A DNA stretch of 63,702 bases, the filler included, from Sluysia triapertura (lineage: Eukaryota), in assembly GCA_046118255.1 (NCBI GenBank). It is 5 parts of 5 records of this genome, joined end to end, with 100 filler letters (N's around TTAATTAATTAA, not from the genome) between each part and the next. Parts side by side here need not be neighbours in the genome. Positions count along the whole stretch, not along the records: positions 1 to 13,870 come from JBJNIA010016085.1; positions 13,971 to 25,926 come from JBJNIA010153050.1; 3 more parts are not named here. The stretch is one strand, 5' to 3'. Below are positions 12,501 to 25,926 of this stretch, piece after piece (the first letter of the stretch is position 1; the number at the start of each line of letters is the position of its first letter). A model generated the notes under the pieces. The model saw only the letters and a list, made by a program, of their open reading frames with translations, had not been told where the DNA came from and did not search any database. A program made the position numbers and the translations under genes.

Positions 12501-13795
12501 ATCAACATCTTCAAAAGTATCATTACGAAAAGTACTACTAATTCTTACAATACTTTTTGCGAACGATTTGAATTATGCAGCTGTTTTTAGAATTACAGAA
12601 ATTGTTGTGTAACGTTTTTTGGGTTCTTCCGTTCATTTCTTATGTCGGGAATTGTTTTCAATTATTAATTGCAATTTCGAATCACATATACTCATTATTA
12701 TAATATGTATTTCGAATTGACAAATATAAATGTCATAGATTAACAAAAATATAAATGTTATAAATTGACGACAATATAAATGCTATCAATTAAAAGTTTG
12801 CTCGATGTGAAAAATCAATTTTGTGAATTTTGCAATATCTCTGCAACAATCTCTAACTAAACAGAAATGCCCGATTCAAGATATACAAAAATAAGTTGTA
12901 TTGTAACAGTGAAAAAAGCACTTCCTTATTTAGTATTTAGTAATTTACTAGCAAATATTTTCACTTCATAATAAATTTTTGTTAATTTCTATTATTTGGC
13001 TCAATTCATTTCTATAAGCTTATACTATTAATTAAATTTAATATGTAATTTATTACTCATAGTCTTGTGTGTTACAAGTACTATACATACCATAAATTTA
13101 ATAAATTCGTATACAATAAAATTAAATAATTTTTCTTATGTAATAAAGAAAACAAATATTGAATAATTAAATGAAATAAAAACATATGTTTAATTATAAT
13201 TTTAATATTTGAGAAAATAAATACTAAACTACATGTTTATTTTAAATATTAATTTATTCAGTTAGTAAATAATGAATCATATGTTTATCTTAATTAGTTT
13301 ATTCAATTGTAATGCTCATATGTTTATTCAGTAATAAAATATATAAATGGGTTTGACATATCGGTTTTCACAAAAAAAAATAAAAAGATTTTTCGACAAT
13401 AAAATGAATTATTCGGCAATTATTTGCAAAATAGGAAGACTTAAAGATATCGTTAACAAACAAATTGATTGTATTATCTTCACGCCGAAATTTTGAAAGT
13501 TTTTTGTGCGCAAGTATTTTCCTTACTTAAGTAAGACATAATATTATACTTAAATTTCTAATTCTTAATTATTAAATTATAATTTCTTCTAAAATATAAA
13601 ACAAAGCCATCGGAGTTCTGTGCTATAAAATTTTTACAGATACCTAAGTTTTATAGGTGCATCGTTAAATTTAATATAAAATATAGATGAACCAACAAGT
13701 AGTAAACAATTTTTCCCTTGAAAATAAAAGCTTGCAATTATTTAACTAAATTCCTCTTTTATTAAGCAGATAAACTGCTTCTATTAATAAGTCGA

Positions 13796-13867
<72 letters not shown>

Positions 13868-13870
13868 TAT
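13796..13870. repeat. (TAT)n microsatellite
   Basis: Directly visible trinucleotide run abutting a gap. Confidence 0.95.
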
Positions 13871-13970
13871 NNNNNNNNNNNNNNNNNNNNNNNNNNNNNN
13901 NNNNNNNNNNNNNNTTAATTAATTAANNNNNNNNNNNNNNNNNNNNNNNNNNNNNNNNNNNNNNNNNNNN
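13871..13970. other. Assembly gap with artificial spacer (44 N + TTAATTAATTAA + 44 N)
   Basis: Identical 100-nt construct also at 25927-26026, 37983-38082 and 52316-52415; the 12-mer gives stops in all six frames. Confidence 0.95.
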
Positions 13971-15920
13971 GAAGACTTTTTGTCATCTCATATGAACAAA
14001 GGCAATGTTATTGTAGTAACAACAAATTAAATTTGAGATAACTTATTGATCTTTCCACTCCATTCTTTAAACTCCATGCAAAATTTCAAGAAATTTAATA
14101 CTTGATAAGTTATTAAACCATAATAAATAACAATAATGATATTTTTATAATAATAACTTTATATATAACTTTATGATTTTACAAAATATTCAATGGTTTA
14201 TCACATTTTAGTTGAGCAAGTCCACAGTCCAGTACCACTGAATATAATTCATTGACATACTATTCATTACAATTGTGTTTATTTACCATTTATTCAAATT
14301 GATTTATTTCCTTTGTTATTCACTTTATTTTATCCTCTAATAAAATTTATATTGATATCTTATAAGAAATGTATCAAATTGTTTATTGTGAATACTTTTA
14401 ATTTCTTTCCTGTTATTCTGATTTAACTTTCTAATTAGAACTTAATTATTTACAGCTTTTCGTTCTTGGCTAATTAAGTGTGGTAAATTCCATTAATTTT
14501 ATTTTTCTTTTATTATCTTTTGAGAGTCTTTTTCTGAAATAATTCTTTCCAATTTTCAAATTTCTAAGTTTTTCTTAAGATCATTAAAGTTCTTGAGCAA
14601 TTTATTTTAATAATTAAGTTTCATTTTAAAATTATTATATTTTCTTTATAATACCATTTAATATTATTTTAAATAAAAGACAAATGTATTACTATTTTGA
14701 AAAGCAGTGTATGTTTCGTTAAATCATTAAATTAAATCAAAAATTTAATCAAAGTAAATTACTTTTGAAACATTATTTTAATTAATTTATTTCATTTTAT
14801 TTTAATTTAATTTGATCAAATATTAAATTATAAAGTGGTTCAAGAAAAACCACGATTTAATATTGGAGAAAAATAAATCCTATATTTTTTAAATTAAATA
14901 CAGGATACAGTAAAAAAAGTTTTTTGTTCAATCGATTTTAATAATTTAATAAATATTTCTGTTAATTGTAACAAACTTATGCTTTCAGGTTAGAATCAAT
15001 AAGGAACCCACGTAAAATATAAATCAGAATTAAGAAATTAGCACATATAAAATATAAATACTTAAATTAATAAAATTACAAATATAAAGTTTCAATAATA
15101 TAAAATTAAAATTATATTAATAAGGTTGATACATTAAAATATCGGAAATAAAGAAAAATTGAAAATAAGTAATTCTTAAACAAATTATTATTTTAGCAAC
15201 CTCACGTAATGCCGATAATAATAATAATAGTAATGATAATTATGTTGGAACATTGAATATGTTAAACAACCAATTAAAAAATTATATTTTACAATAATGA
15301 AAAACAAATTATTAAACTGAGATGATAATTATCTCAACTGTCTTCATAGCAAGAAGTTCTGTGTTCGAATAATATTAATAATAAAAATAATAATTCTATA
15401 ATGATAATATTCGTGTATTTAGCTGGAGTACGCAAGGAGATTTTCAAACCAACCAACCACTGCCCACAGTCAAGGTCAAATTATTCACAGAAAACACTTC
15501 AATTCTTTCATTAGATCACAAAGAACTTGGACGAGTTAGTTTGTGAAAAATTGACATTTAAATCAACATATGCAATCAAATGGAAATATTTTCCACAATA
15601 ATCATATAAATAATTATGTAAATAATTTACAAAAATAATTATCATAAAAACTATTATCAAAATAATTATAATAATGATAATTATTTAAATAAAATAAAAA
15701 ATAATTATTTGATGATTATTTTATGATTGAAAATATAACGCAATAAAATGTTTTACATTTGAATTAAATAAATGAAATAATTTTTCGTATTAAGTTTCAA
15801 TTGTTATAAAAAAATATTCAATAAATTATTTTAAATAATTTATAATTATAAATATTTACATTTAGACTTTTTCAAAGCTTTAGGCTTTATTAATTTACTA
15901 ATTATGTAGACCTTTAAATT

Positions 15921-16150
15921 NNNNNNNNNNNNNNNNNNNNNNNNNNNNNNNNNNNNNNNNNNNNNNNNNNNNNNNNNNNNNNNNNNNNNNNNNNNNNNNN
16001 NNNNNNNNNNNNNNNNNNNNNNNNNNNNNNNNNNNNNNNNNNNNNNNNNNNNNNNNNNNNNNNNNNNNNNNNNNNNNNNNNNNNNNNNNNNNNNNNNNNN
16101 NNNNNNNNNNNNNNNNNNNNNNNNNNNNNNNNNNNNNNNNNNNNNNNNNN
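15921..16150. other. Assembly gap (230 N)
   Basis: Run of N. Confidence 0.99.
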
Positions 16151-16719
16151 ATCAGACATTTTATCAACCTTACTCAGTCTGTCAGAAGCGACTCAGAGTA
16201 TTTCCTGCAATGCTAGGGTGCGAATTAGGATTGTTCGACTATTAAAAAGTCGGAAGGCACAGAAGACTATATTCTGGCAGATTATATTCAGACTATATTC
16301 TGAAGCCACCATGAATTTTATGGGCAAAGAAAAAAGGATTTTCTCAGACCGAGGAAGCCCTTAAGTATATGATGCATTTTCTCATCATATCCAATTGTTT
16401 GCAGAAGACTCTTGGACTGCCTTGCGTGAGGGCTCTATTCAAATTGCGCAAATGAAAGGGAAGACGCGAGTGATGAATTTGTTTCTTGTTAGGTTTTCAT
16501 TGAGAAGGTCAATCTGTGGTGGTTTGATATGATTTATGTTATTTCAAAAGTTTATTTTAAACTTACGACTATGAAAATATATAGACTTCTTAGTTTTATT
16601 TACCTTACTCGATCCTTTTTGCTGTAATATAAAAAAATTCTTTAATCTCTCTATTTGATTTTAATTGAAAATAATCACCAACAGAAAAAACAATGAAATT
16701 AACAAGAATTTTATTACAA

Positions 16720-17966
16720 TTAACAAAAAAATTTAGCATTTATTTTTAAAAGTCTTTTCTTAATAATGATTTTCCTAGTATGTTTCGACTTCGGTTTTTG
16801 GAATATTCTAAAATAAACAAAATGTAAATGGGCCTCAATGTTGATAATAATGTTATAAGTGTTATTAAAATTAGAAATTACTTTAGAGTAGTTTTTGAAA
16901 ACCATCTGATCTTGAATTACGAGATAGAGTAATATTGGAGAAGACAACAATTGATCAGACTTGAGTCTGTAGTTGTCGTCGAGGGTCGTGCCGAGGTATA
17001 AAATTGATTAAGTGTTCTTCAATTGACACTAACATTGTAGTATTGAATGATCGCTGCGTTCGAGTTAATGTTTTGGATATCATTTAACCATTTTATCAAA
17101 ATTTTCATCAAGGAACATGTAACTTGAGAGTTTTCGACTTTTCTAGAGTCATCGTTCCAACATCTAGTTAATTCTATATTTAATGTGTCTAGGAATATAC
17201 TGAGTGATTTCTCAACTTGTTCCTTCTTCCACAACATTCTTGGATATTGACAACCAATTTTGGAAGTTACTATTATGTCTTCATTGACTGAGTACACTGT
17301 TTTAACTAACATTAAAGCGGACTTGAAGTCCTCATTATGTGAACAAGTTTGAAATAGTTGTGGTCTTGGAACATGTATGTATGTTGTCTTTGAATCTCTT
17401 AGGACTAGTGGCAAATGGTTCATAGTCGTTAACATAATTATAACATAATTAAAACACGAAATTTCATATATCGTCATCTACCTTGACTTGGTAAACGAAA
17501 GAATGTTCTTTTGGATTACAGATGTTACTAAATAATTTCTGATTACTTTTTGCATTTGAAGTAAGCATACTATAATTTTGACTCATATATTTAATTGTCT
17601 TCCAGCCAACGTTAGTATCTATATAAATAAAATACGAATAGAAATTGTTCATTACATTCTTAGTGTTATTTACTACTTTATCAAAGTTTATAGTATGAGC
17701 GTCGTCAGATTGATGGTCTAAACATATCGTTAACTCAATAGGAATCTTCTCCGTATTATTTGTACATCTTATTGATATTACACACAAGTTTGGTAAGAAT
17801 TGTTCAAAATCATCAAAATACATTGGATTATTTATTGTGAAATATTCTAAAATAAATACTTGTAATTCATGAGTTAATTTGAATGAATTCTGTGATTCAT
17901 TGGTAACTTCATTTTTATCAATTTTATATATTACATTATACAAACTGTGCAAAATTTGAACGACAT
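16720..17966 (-). pseudogene. Divergent Mab-21/cGAS-like nucleotidyltransferase-fold gene with about 3 frameshifts
   Basis: ORFs 17952-17464, 17477-17019 and ~17030-16720 chain into ~410 codons. Motifs in Mab-21 order: MNHLPLVL, VPRPQL, ALMLVKT, MLWKKEQVEKSL, CSLMKILIKWL, IIQYYNV, KVISNFNNTYNII. Catalytic GS and acidic triad not evident. Confidence 0.5.
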
Positions 17967-18249
17967 TTTAAACACATTAAAAGTAACATCTAATAACACT
18001 TAAGTTAACTTTTCTTTTATTACTTTACGTGAGGACAACTTTAAATAAGTTATTTCATTCATTCTAAGTTTTCTAACTGCTGATCGTTTTTTTAATTTGG
18101 TCTTTTCAAAATTAATTCCGATGTGATGTTTTTTTTAACTCAACTCGTGATTGTACAATAACAATAATCTCATAAATAATTTTTAGCTTCTTTCACCTTT
18201 AAATCACTAATAAATTTCTCCTTTGTGTGATCGATAATAATAATCTAGC

Positions 18250-19700
18250 AAATAATTTTTGTAACAATGCTGACCAATTCTCTCCATATTGTAAGTGGCT
18301 ACCCAATCAAAACAAAAGAGACAAAGGATATTAATAATTTTGATTAGGAAGTCAGCAAAATACTAATTAACACAGAAAGACACCACATTTAATGAACTGT
18401 TAATAAAGTAATAACAAATGAATTTATTTGCATGTCGACTGATGGCAGGTTGGGCAATCTTAAAACATTGTATTTGTTGTAACACAAACACTATCAATAG
18501 TGATGATAACTGTACATATGACTTAATAATGTCAAAAGTAATCTTCTTTCATCCGGGAGTGGATTTTTTACAAGATTTTAGGGTGATCTGGATTTCTGTT
18601 TCAGTTATTGGATCATTACTTGAAGCGTCCATATAGTAAGGCAGCATTCCAATCTGAGATGGACCGATTTCAAGCGCCGAGGGAGTAACAGGGGGGGCTC
18701 GGTACCTGTAATCAATTGGAATGCTTTAGTCTGATTCTGTTCAAACATTTTGTCCAAATCAAGACTGAATGATTCCGAATTGCATGCTTTCTGTTTAAAT
18801 TGTGAACTCTTTAAATTGAGGCTTACGTTTGTGGATTTGGAAAGGGAAAATTGTTGAGAAATTCTTGAACATTGAGAAGTTAGCAACAATAGAATCAATC
18901 ACTACTGAGTTGAGTCAGCGTCACAGATGTATGCTTTAAAGGAAGCCATGACCGATGAGTGAATCCAGATCTTTGGTAGTTGAGACAAAGTTTAGATTAG
19001 TGGAGGTAATGTGGATATTGGAAAAACGAAGTTAAGTTGTTAAACAAAGGAACAAGTAATTTTAATAATAAGATGGGTCAAGTAAGCTTATGTTTCTTAT
19101 GTTAATGTCTTTTAGGCTGTGGCGTCGTTAGGGTAGACTGAACCATGGCAGGAGAAGACATGTAATAAAGGATTTGGGCATCATTCTCCGTGGAATGATT
19201 CTCTTTCTTGCGCCTCAAATGACAATGTTTAATTCATTAATATGCTCAATGTGCACTTTACCTTTAATTCATTCATAGGTGTAGTGAATCGAATCTTCCA
19301 AATAAAGTGTCAAGGGAGTTCGCTACAATCAGAGCAGTTCTTAATCGTAAGGCCTTTCATTTTACAACCGAAGAGAGAACATTTAATGTAACCTTTATGG
19401 GAATCAACGGTTGAGTTAGATATAGAAGTGGTGCAGTCATCGAATGGTAGCAACTTGTTCGTGCAATCAGCAGACTTTCAGGACGTTCGACAGTAGGTTC
19501 CTCACCAATCGTGTGCAGGATAAATTTGCATTAGAATCTTTCTAGTACTATCTTTGTTGCAGTAGGAGGAAGCAAAAAGCAGTAGGAATTTGGGGTACAA
19601 CAGCAGTTAGGCAGAAGTTCTATATCATTGAGTTGTTGGTGAATAAACCTGACTAACAATTTTGTTTAATTATAGTCAGTTATACTACCATTATACTCTG
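18250..19700 (-). mobile_element. Decayed non-LTR retrotransposon (NeSL/R2-like), zinc-finger to pre-RT region
   Basis: Higher GC. Minus-strand EIQITLKSCKKSTPG*KKITFDIIK resembles RT domain 0 (ks.PGpDgi.y..lk). MFEQNQTKAFQLITGTEPP resembles the pre-RT block of NeSL/R2. Cys pairs upstream (CSLFGC, CSDC). Many stops and frameshifts. Confidence 0.6.
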
Positions 19701-19840
19701 GCATTTTAGGCCCTCACCCTAACATTTTGTTAAAATATTACATTTACTTGCTTCACAATAGAAATCAAAATAAAAATAGTATCGGAAACAACATAGAAGA
19801 GTCATCGTCCTAAACATAATTTAATTGGTAGATTCTTTAA

Positions 19841-20130
19841 TGAAAGCTATTTGTTCTTATACTTACTAATAAATTAAAACTGTCGAGTCCGCCTACGATC
19901 CTAGTCTTACTCACTTAAGGGCTTAAGTACGTAGGATTTAAAAGAATTAATAGAAGTCGATTTTATTATTATAAGGATGCAAATTCAATAATTTTATAAT
20001 ATACCAATGGATTCTGTTTCCTCTTTTAAGCGAGATTAAAATATAAAAGATTTTATATTCGATCCTCTTTAAATGAGATGTTATGATTTGGTGTTAAAAA
20101 CCAGAAAATTAAGTAGTATATATTTTACAA
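19841..20130 (-). mobile_element. Diverged solo-LTR remnant of the Gypsy LTR family (structured motif copy A at 19882-19939)
   Basis: Contains GTCGAGTCCGCCTACGATCCTAGTCTTAC...CGTAGGATTT and a later ATCCTCTTTAAA block shared with other copies; far boundary uncertain. Confidence 0.5.
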
Positions 20131-20329
20131 TAATTTGCAGCTATTGAATTCAGCGAAATTAAGTAGTAAATTTTATATTGAAAATTTTATCAATGAAAAG
20201 TACAATTTTAAAATTTGGTTCGTTAACAATTTATAAAATATTTCTTGATTATTATAACAAGATAATAATCAAAGTTGTTTTAGAAGATTTAAAAATATTT
20301 TACTTTGTTGCAATCATATTAAAAGATTC

Positions 20330-20609
20330 CTAAAAATTATTACTAGATATTTTGAGTTGTAATTTACTAACACAAATAGATGGAGATGATGGATAAAAAT
20401 CAATTTTCCATATTAAGCTGTTTTCCAACAATTCATATCTTTTAAAAGAACTTTTAATCAAATCATAACATTTCTCTTGAACGCATTGGTGTGTTTCGTT
20501 ATTAATGTACACACAAAATGTTCCACTGTAATCTTATGTGACTCCTTATTCAACAATAGAAAGTACTTTCTCATTCTGAATTTATTATTTGAATTTATTA
20601 TAAATTTGA

Positions 20610-20669
<60 letters not shown>

Positions 20670-21290
20670 CTAAAATATTTTTATATAATTTATTATTACG
20701 TTATTGAAATTAATGTCTAAAATTACAAATAGTTTACAATATGAAAATAAAACAAAATAATAAACACAAATAATTATTACGTGACCACGACATAATTTAA
20801 TCAGCTTATGATCATGAAAATTATCGCAAAAGATTTCGAAAAAGAAAAAAATCGTTTTCATTGTTGTCATTAAGTTCTAAATTTTTTAAGTTAATTTTCA
20901 TTGGATATTCATTTTGAGCTTCGGAATCCTGCATTCTTTGAAAATCGACAGTTGTGAAAATTTTTCGATTAGTCGACCCAGATTTTTCGCACTTTTTTCG
21001 TAGCACGCTTTTCAAAATCGTCGCATTCTTTTAAATTCATGACGTTGAATTCTTAGTAGGTTTGTACGTGAAGAAAGGTAATCATAAGTTTAATATCTTT
21101 GTTATTTTCATTCGAAAATCAAGAATTTCTATATTTCTACGTGTTACCTGTTTCAACATTACCAATGTGATTACAAAAAATAATATTTCAACAAAATGTG
21201 CAACACATACTGAGCAATTCATTTTAACCAAACGGTCAGGCCATGTAAAATTAGCGTGGAATTCAATGTGTTAAGTATCTAGCACAAAAA
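20330..21290 (-). pseudogene. Probable second DEG/ENaC pseudogene (N-terminal half)
   Basis: STLILHGL (HG motif), then after a frameshift a TM1-like segment (HFVEILFFVITLVMLKQV) and LPFFT; further frameshifted ORFs 21015-20821, 20870-20670, 20512-20330. Confidence 0.4.
20610..20668. repeat. (TTA)n microsatellite
   Basis: Directly visible; explains the poly-Tyr ORF. Confidence 0.95.
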
Positions 21291-21384
21291 TTGGATTAAT
21301 GATCAACTATTATTTTTCTTTGCTCTATTTGAACTATTTTTATTTGGAATAGATCATTAAATCTGGATTGAGAAAAATGTGTTA

Positions 21385-21754
21385 CAGTAAACCCCCGATT
21401 ATCCGGACTAATGATGGGAAAGGTCAGCACGAATAATCCGAAAAATAATAATACAAAAACAATGAAAATGCATTCAATGCTTTATTAAAAAATCGGTAAT
21501 TTTGAATTTCTCAATGACTTTTTAATAACATCGTTATAGTCGAAGCTCCATTGATAGACATTTTTTAAAAAAAACTCGAAATTCTCGGACCCATTTATTT
21601 TTAAACCAATGTTCAAAAATCCTTCTATCCATCCATACTCCTTTTTGATTGTAATAGTCAACAAGAAGATTCTTTATTTCTGTTCCTTTTTTGCATTTTC
21701 TAAAATATTATTATCCACGGATAATCCACAAACCGCATAATCGAGAGTTTAATG
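21385..21754. mobile_element. Tc1/mariner (pogo/Tigger-like) MITE
   Basis: TA|CAGTAAACCCCCGATTATCCG ... CGCATAATCGAGAGTTTAATG|TA: ~21-bp imperfect TIR with TA flanks and internal GGATAATC repeats. Confidence 0.8.
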
Positions 21755-22353
21755 TATATTAAAAGTTCAAGTCTATTTTAAAATTTCGAATCCTATAGTC
21801 AAAATTATCTTAATAAATAATGTAACTTGGTGTTACAGAATGTTCTAACACTTTTCAAGATGGTCCACCCTTAAATTTTCGTGATTAAAATATATAGTGG
21901 TTCAATTGCAGCTAATATATGTACTGATTATTAGCCAATCAAAATGGATTCTAATTTTAGAATATTATACAATATTTTAGAAAATTATTTTCTTCTATTT
22001 TTGTGATTTTTGAGATTTTAAATGTTTCTGATTGCACAACCTAATTGTTTTTTAAAATCATTTTATTAAGATTGTAATTAAGTAAATGTTTCTTTTCACT
22101 ATTTCAATTTATTTTACATTTATTGTAAAAATTTTAAATATCTTAAAAGGGTCTCGAAGGTCGGAAAGGTATTCTAAAAAATTTTAGTGGTCGTTGAAAA
22201 TATTAAAATAATTCCTGATGATAAAAAACTGAAAAATATGGTAATACCGGCTGATATTGCTTAGTAATAAATTAATAAATAAATAAATTAATTAATAAAA
22301 AATATAATTTGAAAGAAATTGAATAAAATTTAACTTTTATTTTCCAATTTAAG

Positions 22354-23304
22354 TGGTAAATTTGATCCATGACGAAGACATTCAATGTTCTGGTTTTGAA
22401 CAGAAATGTATGGAAACATACTTGAAAGATCATCCATTATTTGAAACAAGTACATCTCAAGTCAATGACAAATCATCTTTGTGAGTTATTTAATACACTT
22501 CAATTTTTATTTATTTACAATTATCAGTAATGTTAAATTTCATAAAATATCAAATTTGTTGTATAATTTATTATTTAGGATGAGTGATTTATGTTCAGAA
22601 TGATTGATTAATTATTCAGGTGTGTATAGAGTGGTGTGACTCATATTTTGAATAATCTTAACTAGTGGAAGCTTTCTGATGAAAAATATTTTGAATTATT
22701 TATATGATTGGTTTTTAATAATATTGATTTTTAGTGATTAAAGTTATATTTTTTAATTATTGTATTTTAGAGCTACAAGTATAGTACCGAGTGAAATACC
22801 AAAAACAGCAAAAGTTAAAATGAAAGAAGACAATGAAGATATGTTAGTATTGATAAATTTATATGATTACAATCAATTATTATTTATACTTCCTGTATCG
22901 ATTTTTAAACTATTTCATTATAGAGCTACACATAAACAAACTAAATTTCTAAAGTTCATTCTACATGTTTTACGTTTTGAAATGTATAACATTTGCTTCA
23001 AGTTTAAATAAACAAAATGCGTTACAAAATAACTCGCATTTAGAAATGTGGCTTTTTTTAAATTTTCATAAATAAAATTTTACAATTATTTTACTTACTT
23101 ACAATTATAAGCAACACATTTATTTATTTTAGTAAAAAAATTCTAAATGAATTGGATGTGATAAAGTCTCAAATGTCACTTATGTCAGAAAAAGTACAGA
23201 AAGTACGTCGACATCAGAAAAAAAGTGTGCTAGATAATAAAGGCCAAGTAGTACATGTTAAACCAGCAAAATCATGTGAATTAATTGATACAGAACCATT
23301 TTGA
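22354..23304 (+). CDS. 3' exons of a TRPM-like channel (cytoplasmic C-terminal tail); 5' part not recoverable
   Basis: Exons 22354-22480, 22771-22842, 23133-23304 join by phase-2 GT-AG introns to TGA. GFEQKCMETYLK resembles the TRPM motif DFEEQCVEMYF, followed by a coiled-coil (IKKILNELDVIKSQMSLMSEKVQKV). Confidence 0.55.
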
Positions 23305-23697
23305 TTAACTCAATATTTATATATTTATTTATTAAGTATATATTTTTCTTCTAAATTAATGTTTTATTATTATTCAAATAAATTTATTGTCTTGAAAAGA
23401 TCTGTGTATCATACTATACTTTTATTATTCGACCAATTTCAAAATTTATTGCGTAATCTTAGGGAACCATTTTTTGCAGATATTTTATCTTTTTTTTAAT
23501 TTGTTTTTTTACTCGATATTTTCCATTTATCTATTTATTGATGTCAAATCTAAACTTTTATTAAACTTTTAAAGGCTAATGTTGTAACTGTAACATCTCG
23601 GCTGTTATTATTATTATCATTATTATTACTTATAACTGATTATTAATTATTGATAATATTGCTATGTTATTTTTTTAATTTAATTTAAATATTATAT

Positions 23698-24915
23698 CAG
23701 TGTTCTTCAAAAGGGGTTTGCGAGAAATTTCAAAGTTATAGTAAAGTATTCATAAGAAAATATTCTTTAAATATGAGAAGTCTAATTTTAAATATAATTA
23801 TTCTTTTATTTTATTCACATTATTGAAGTGGATCGTAGCACCTAATAGGAGACTAAAACTTTTTTAAATTAGTTAGAATTAGGGTCATTTTAAAAACTGA
23901 AAAACACTCTATGTTAGCACTAAAATGGTTACATAAAACTAGAAACAACAACAATAATAAATAATAAACAATTTATTTTAATTAGATTTTTTGATTAGTT
24001 TAAATTAATCGTTGAAATAATTAAGAGCAACCTTATTACTAATAAACTTACAAATTTATGAATCAAAAATTTGCTTCTGCAATCCCGGGGGTAAGACATG
24101 AAATTTTGATATATTGATAATATGTTTCCAATTATCTTGACGATTTGCTTGTAGAAGTGGTACAATTTATTGTGTGTCTTGTATAAAATTTACCCCTCTT
24201 TACATACTACTTTGTTAAGTAGATAGTGTGTGCAAAAATTAATAATAAATTTAGTTTAATGCATTTCCCATTGATTTAATTGAATTTTGCTTATTCTGTA
24301 ATTTATTTATTTATTTTAAAATTATCTTAATTATTAAATTTAATTAAAGTTTTAATTAATGCTTTAAGAATTCTTAAAGTATTAAAAGGTTTCCGCCATT
24401 ATTTGAGTTATGTCAACCTTTATTTCAATTTTGCCATATTTCAATGCAAAAAGAATAATTAAGTTTTACAAAATTTAAATAACAGTTAATAATAAATAAA
24501 ATAAGGATTAATAAAATTTAACAATTATAACAAACTTGAAGTAAGGTAATTTATGCAATACTTGGTAATATATTAAGAAGCATTCTTATAATTAGTCTAA
24601 ATGGTAATAATATTAAGTAATTACTGACTCAGTAGTCTTCACAATTTTGTGCTGCGACTCACTTTACCAGACCAAATTTTTTCGCGACGTAATAATACCT
24701 AAAAATTAAAATATATTTAATAATAACATATTCGAACATACTCTTATTGAGACTATGTTTTTGAATTAGAAAAAAAATTACTATTTTATCGTCTAATACT
24801 AATATCAATAAAATAAAAGAATAATTGTATTAGAAATTATTTAAAATTAGACTTTTCTTATGAATATTTTACCATAACTTGGACATTTCTCGCGCCCCCA
24901 TTTTGAAGAACACTG
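23698..24915. mobile_element. Non-autonomous hAT DNA transposon
   Basis: Perfect 15-bp TIR CAGTGTTCTTCAAAA ... TTTTGAAGAACACTG plus subterminal GCGAGAAAT/ATTTCTCGC; no ORF; 8-bp TSD not preserved. Confidence 0.8.
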
Positions 24916-25866
24916 ATCTAGCTGATCTTTATTTTGAAAAGCTAAGAGTAATTAGGTCGCGTTTTTATAATCAAGGAAGATTCCATAATATAAATTTACA
25001 CTAATAATTATATTTTCTAATGCTGATATGAGACAGTATTCATGATATAACATTCATTGGAATTATAAAGTGTAAAAATAATAAAAGTACTTTATTTAAA
25101 CGTAATTTGAACTTAAACTTACACTTACAAAATAATTTATCCGAGATTAGATTCACCGAACAAAAACGGTTTTGTATTTATTGCTAAAAGACGGCTTATT
25201 AAGTTGTATATTATTCAATCGAAGTATAAACTTTAACGCAAAATAACAAGTTTTAGAATATAGAGTCTAATCAACAAATTTAAATAAACAAATTTAAATA
25301 AACAAATATAAACACTCTCCAAAATTTATGTTTAACAAAGATTTCTCTTAATATTAAATGATAGATTTATTTTCATTTGGTGAACAAATGTATGATTTGT
25401 AGCTATCATCCCTATTATTATTAGTAGTGTTATTGTGATATTTATTATTATTATTATTATTTAATATTATGAAAATAAATTATTAATTGCAAATGAAGAT
25501 GGTTATACTTACACCAACCCAATATAACTAACATCATTGGCTATAATTACTGTATTCGTTATCTGTATCAAAAAAAACTTCTAATACGATCTCATGTCAA
25601 GGAAAAATATAATTCTACTTGAATTTGTTTTAAATGTCAAATAAAATATCTTATCTGATTTAGAAGATCATTGATGATTTATCTAAGTGTAAAATTTTGT
25701 GTTGAAACTTTATATTATTTTGTGTATTTTAAGTTTACACTCTGTTTTAAAAGTACAGGACACGCCCCCCCTATTTTTGCTGTGTATACAAACACAATTT
25801 TAATTACTATATTGCATTTAGTTAAATAAATTTCGTTTCAAAAGTATAGTGTTAGACTTCGTAAAA

Positions 25867-25926
25867 TGGATTGACCGGGGATCGAACCCGGGACCATCGT
25901 CTGCGCAGTCCGACTGCTCTACCACT
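25867..25926 (-). other. tRNA-like sequence (Ala-like), probably a SINE head or tRNA pseudogene; 5' end lost in gap
   Basis: Reverse strand AGTGGTAGAGCA...GGTCCCGGGTTCGATCCCCGGTCAATCCA: A and B boxes and T-arm intact, TGC at the anticodon position, but the anticodon stem does not pair. Confidence 0.7.

Noticed and set aside
13915-13926. TTAATTAATTAA palindrome recurring four times
   Set aside because: Always centred in 44+44 N; an artificial scaffolding spacer, not biology.
15898-16167. ORFs spanning N runs (also 52122-52367)
   Set aside because: Artefacts of assembly gaps.
20477-20707. ORF with poly-Tyr tract
   Set aside because: Translation of a (TTA)n microsatellite.
22214-22705. Two CTGATGA hammerhead-core starts (~22215, ~22676)
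   Set aside because: No paired stem II with GAAA, and no stems I/III.
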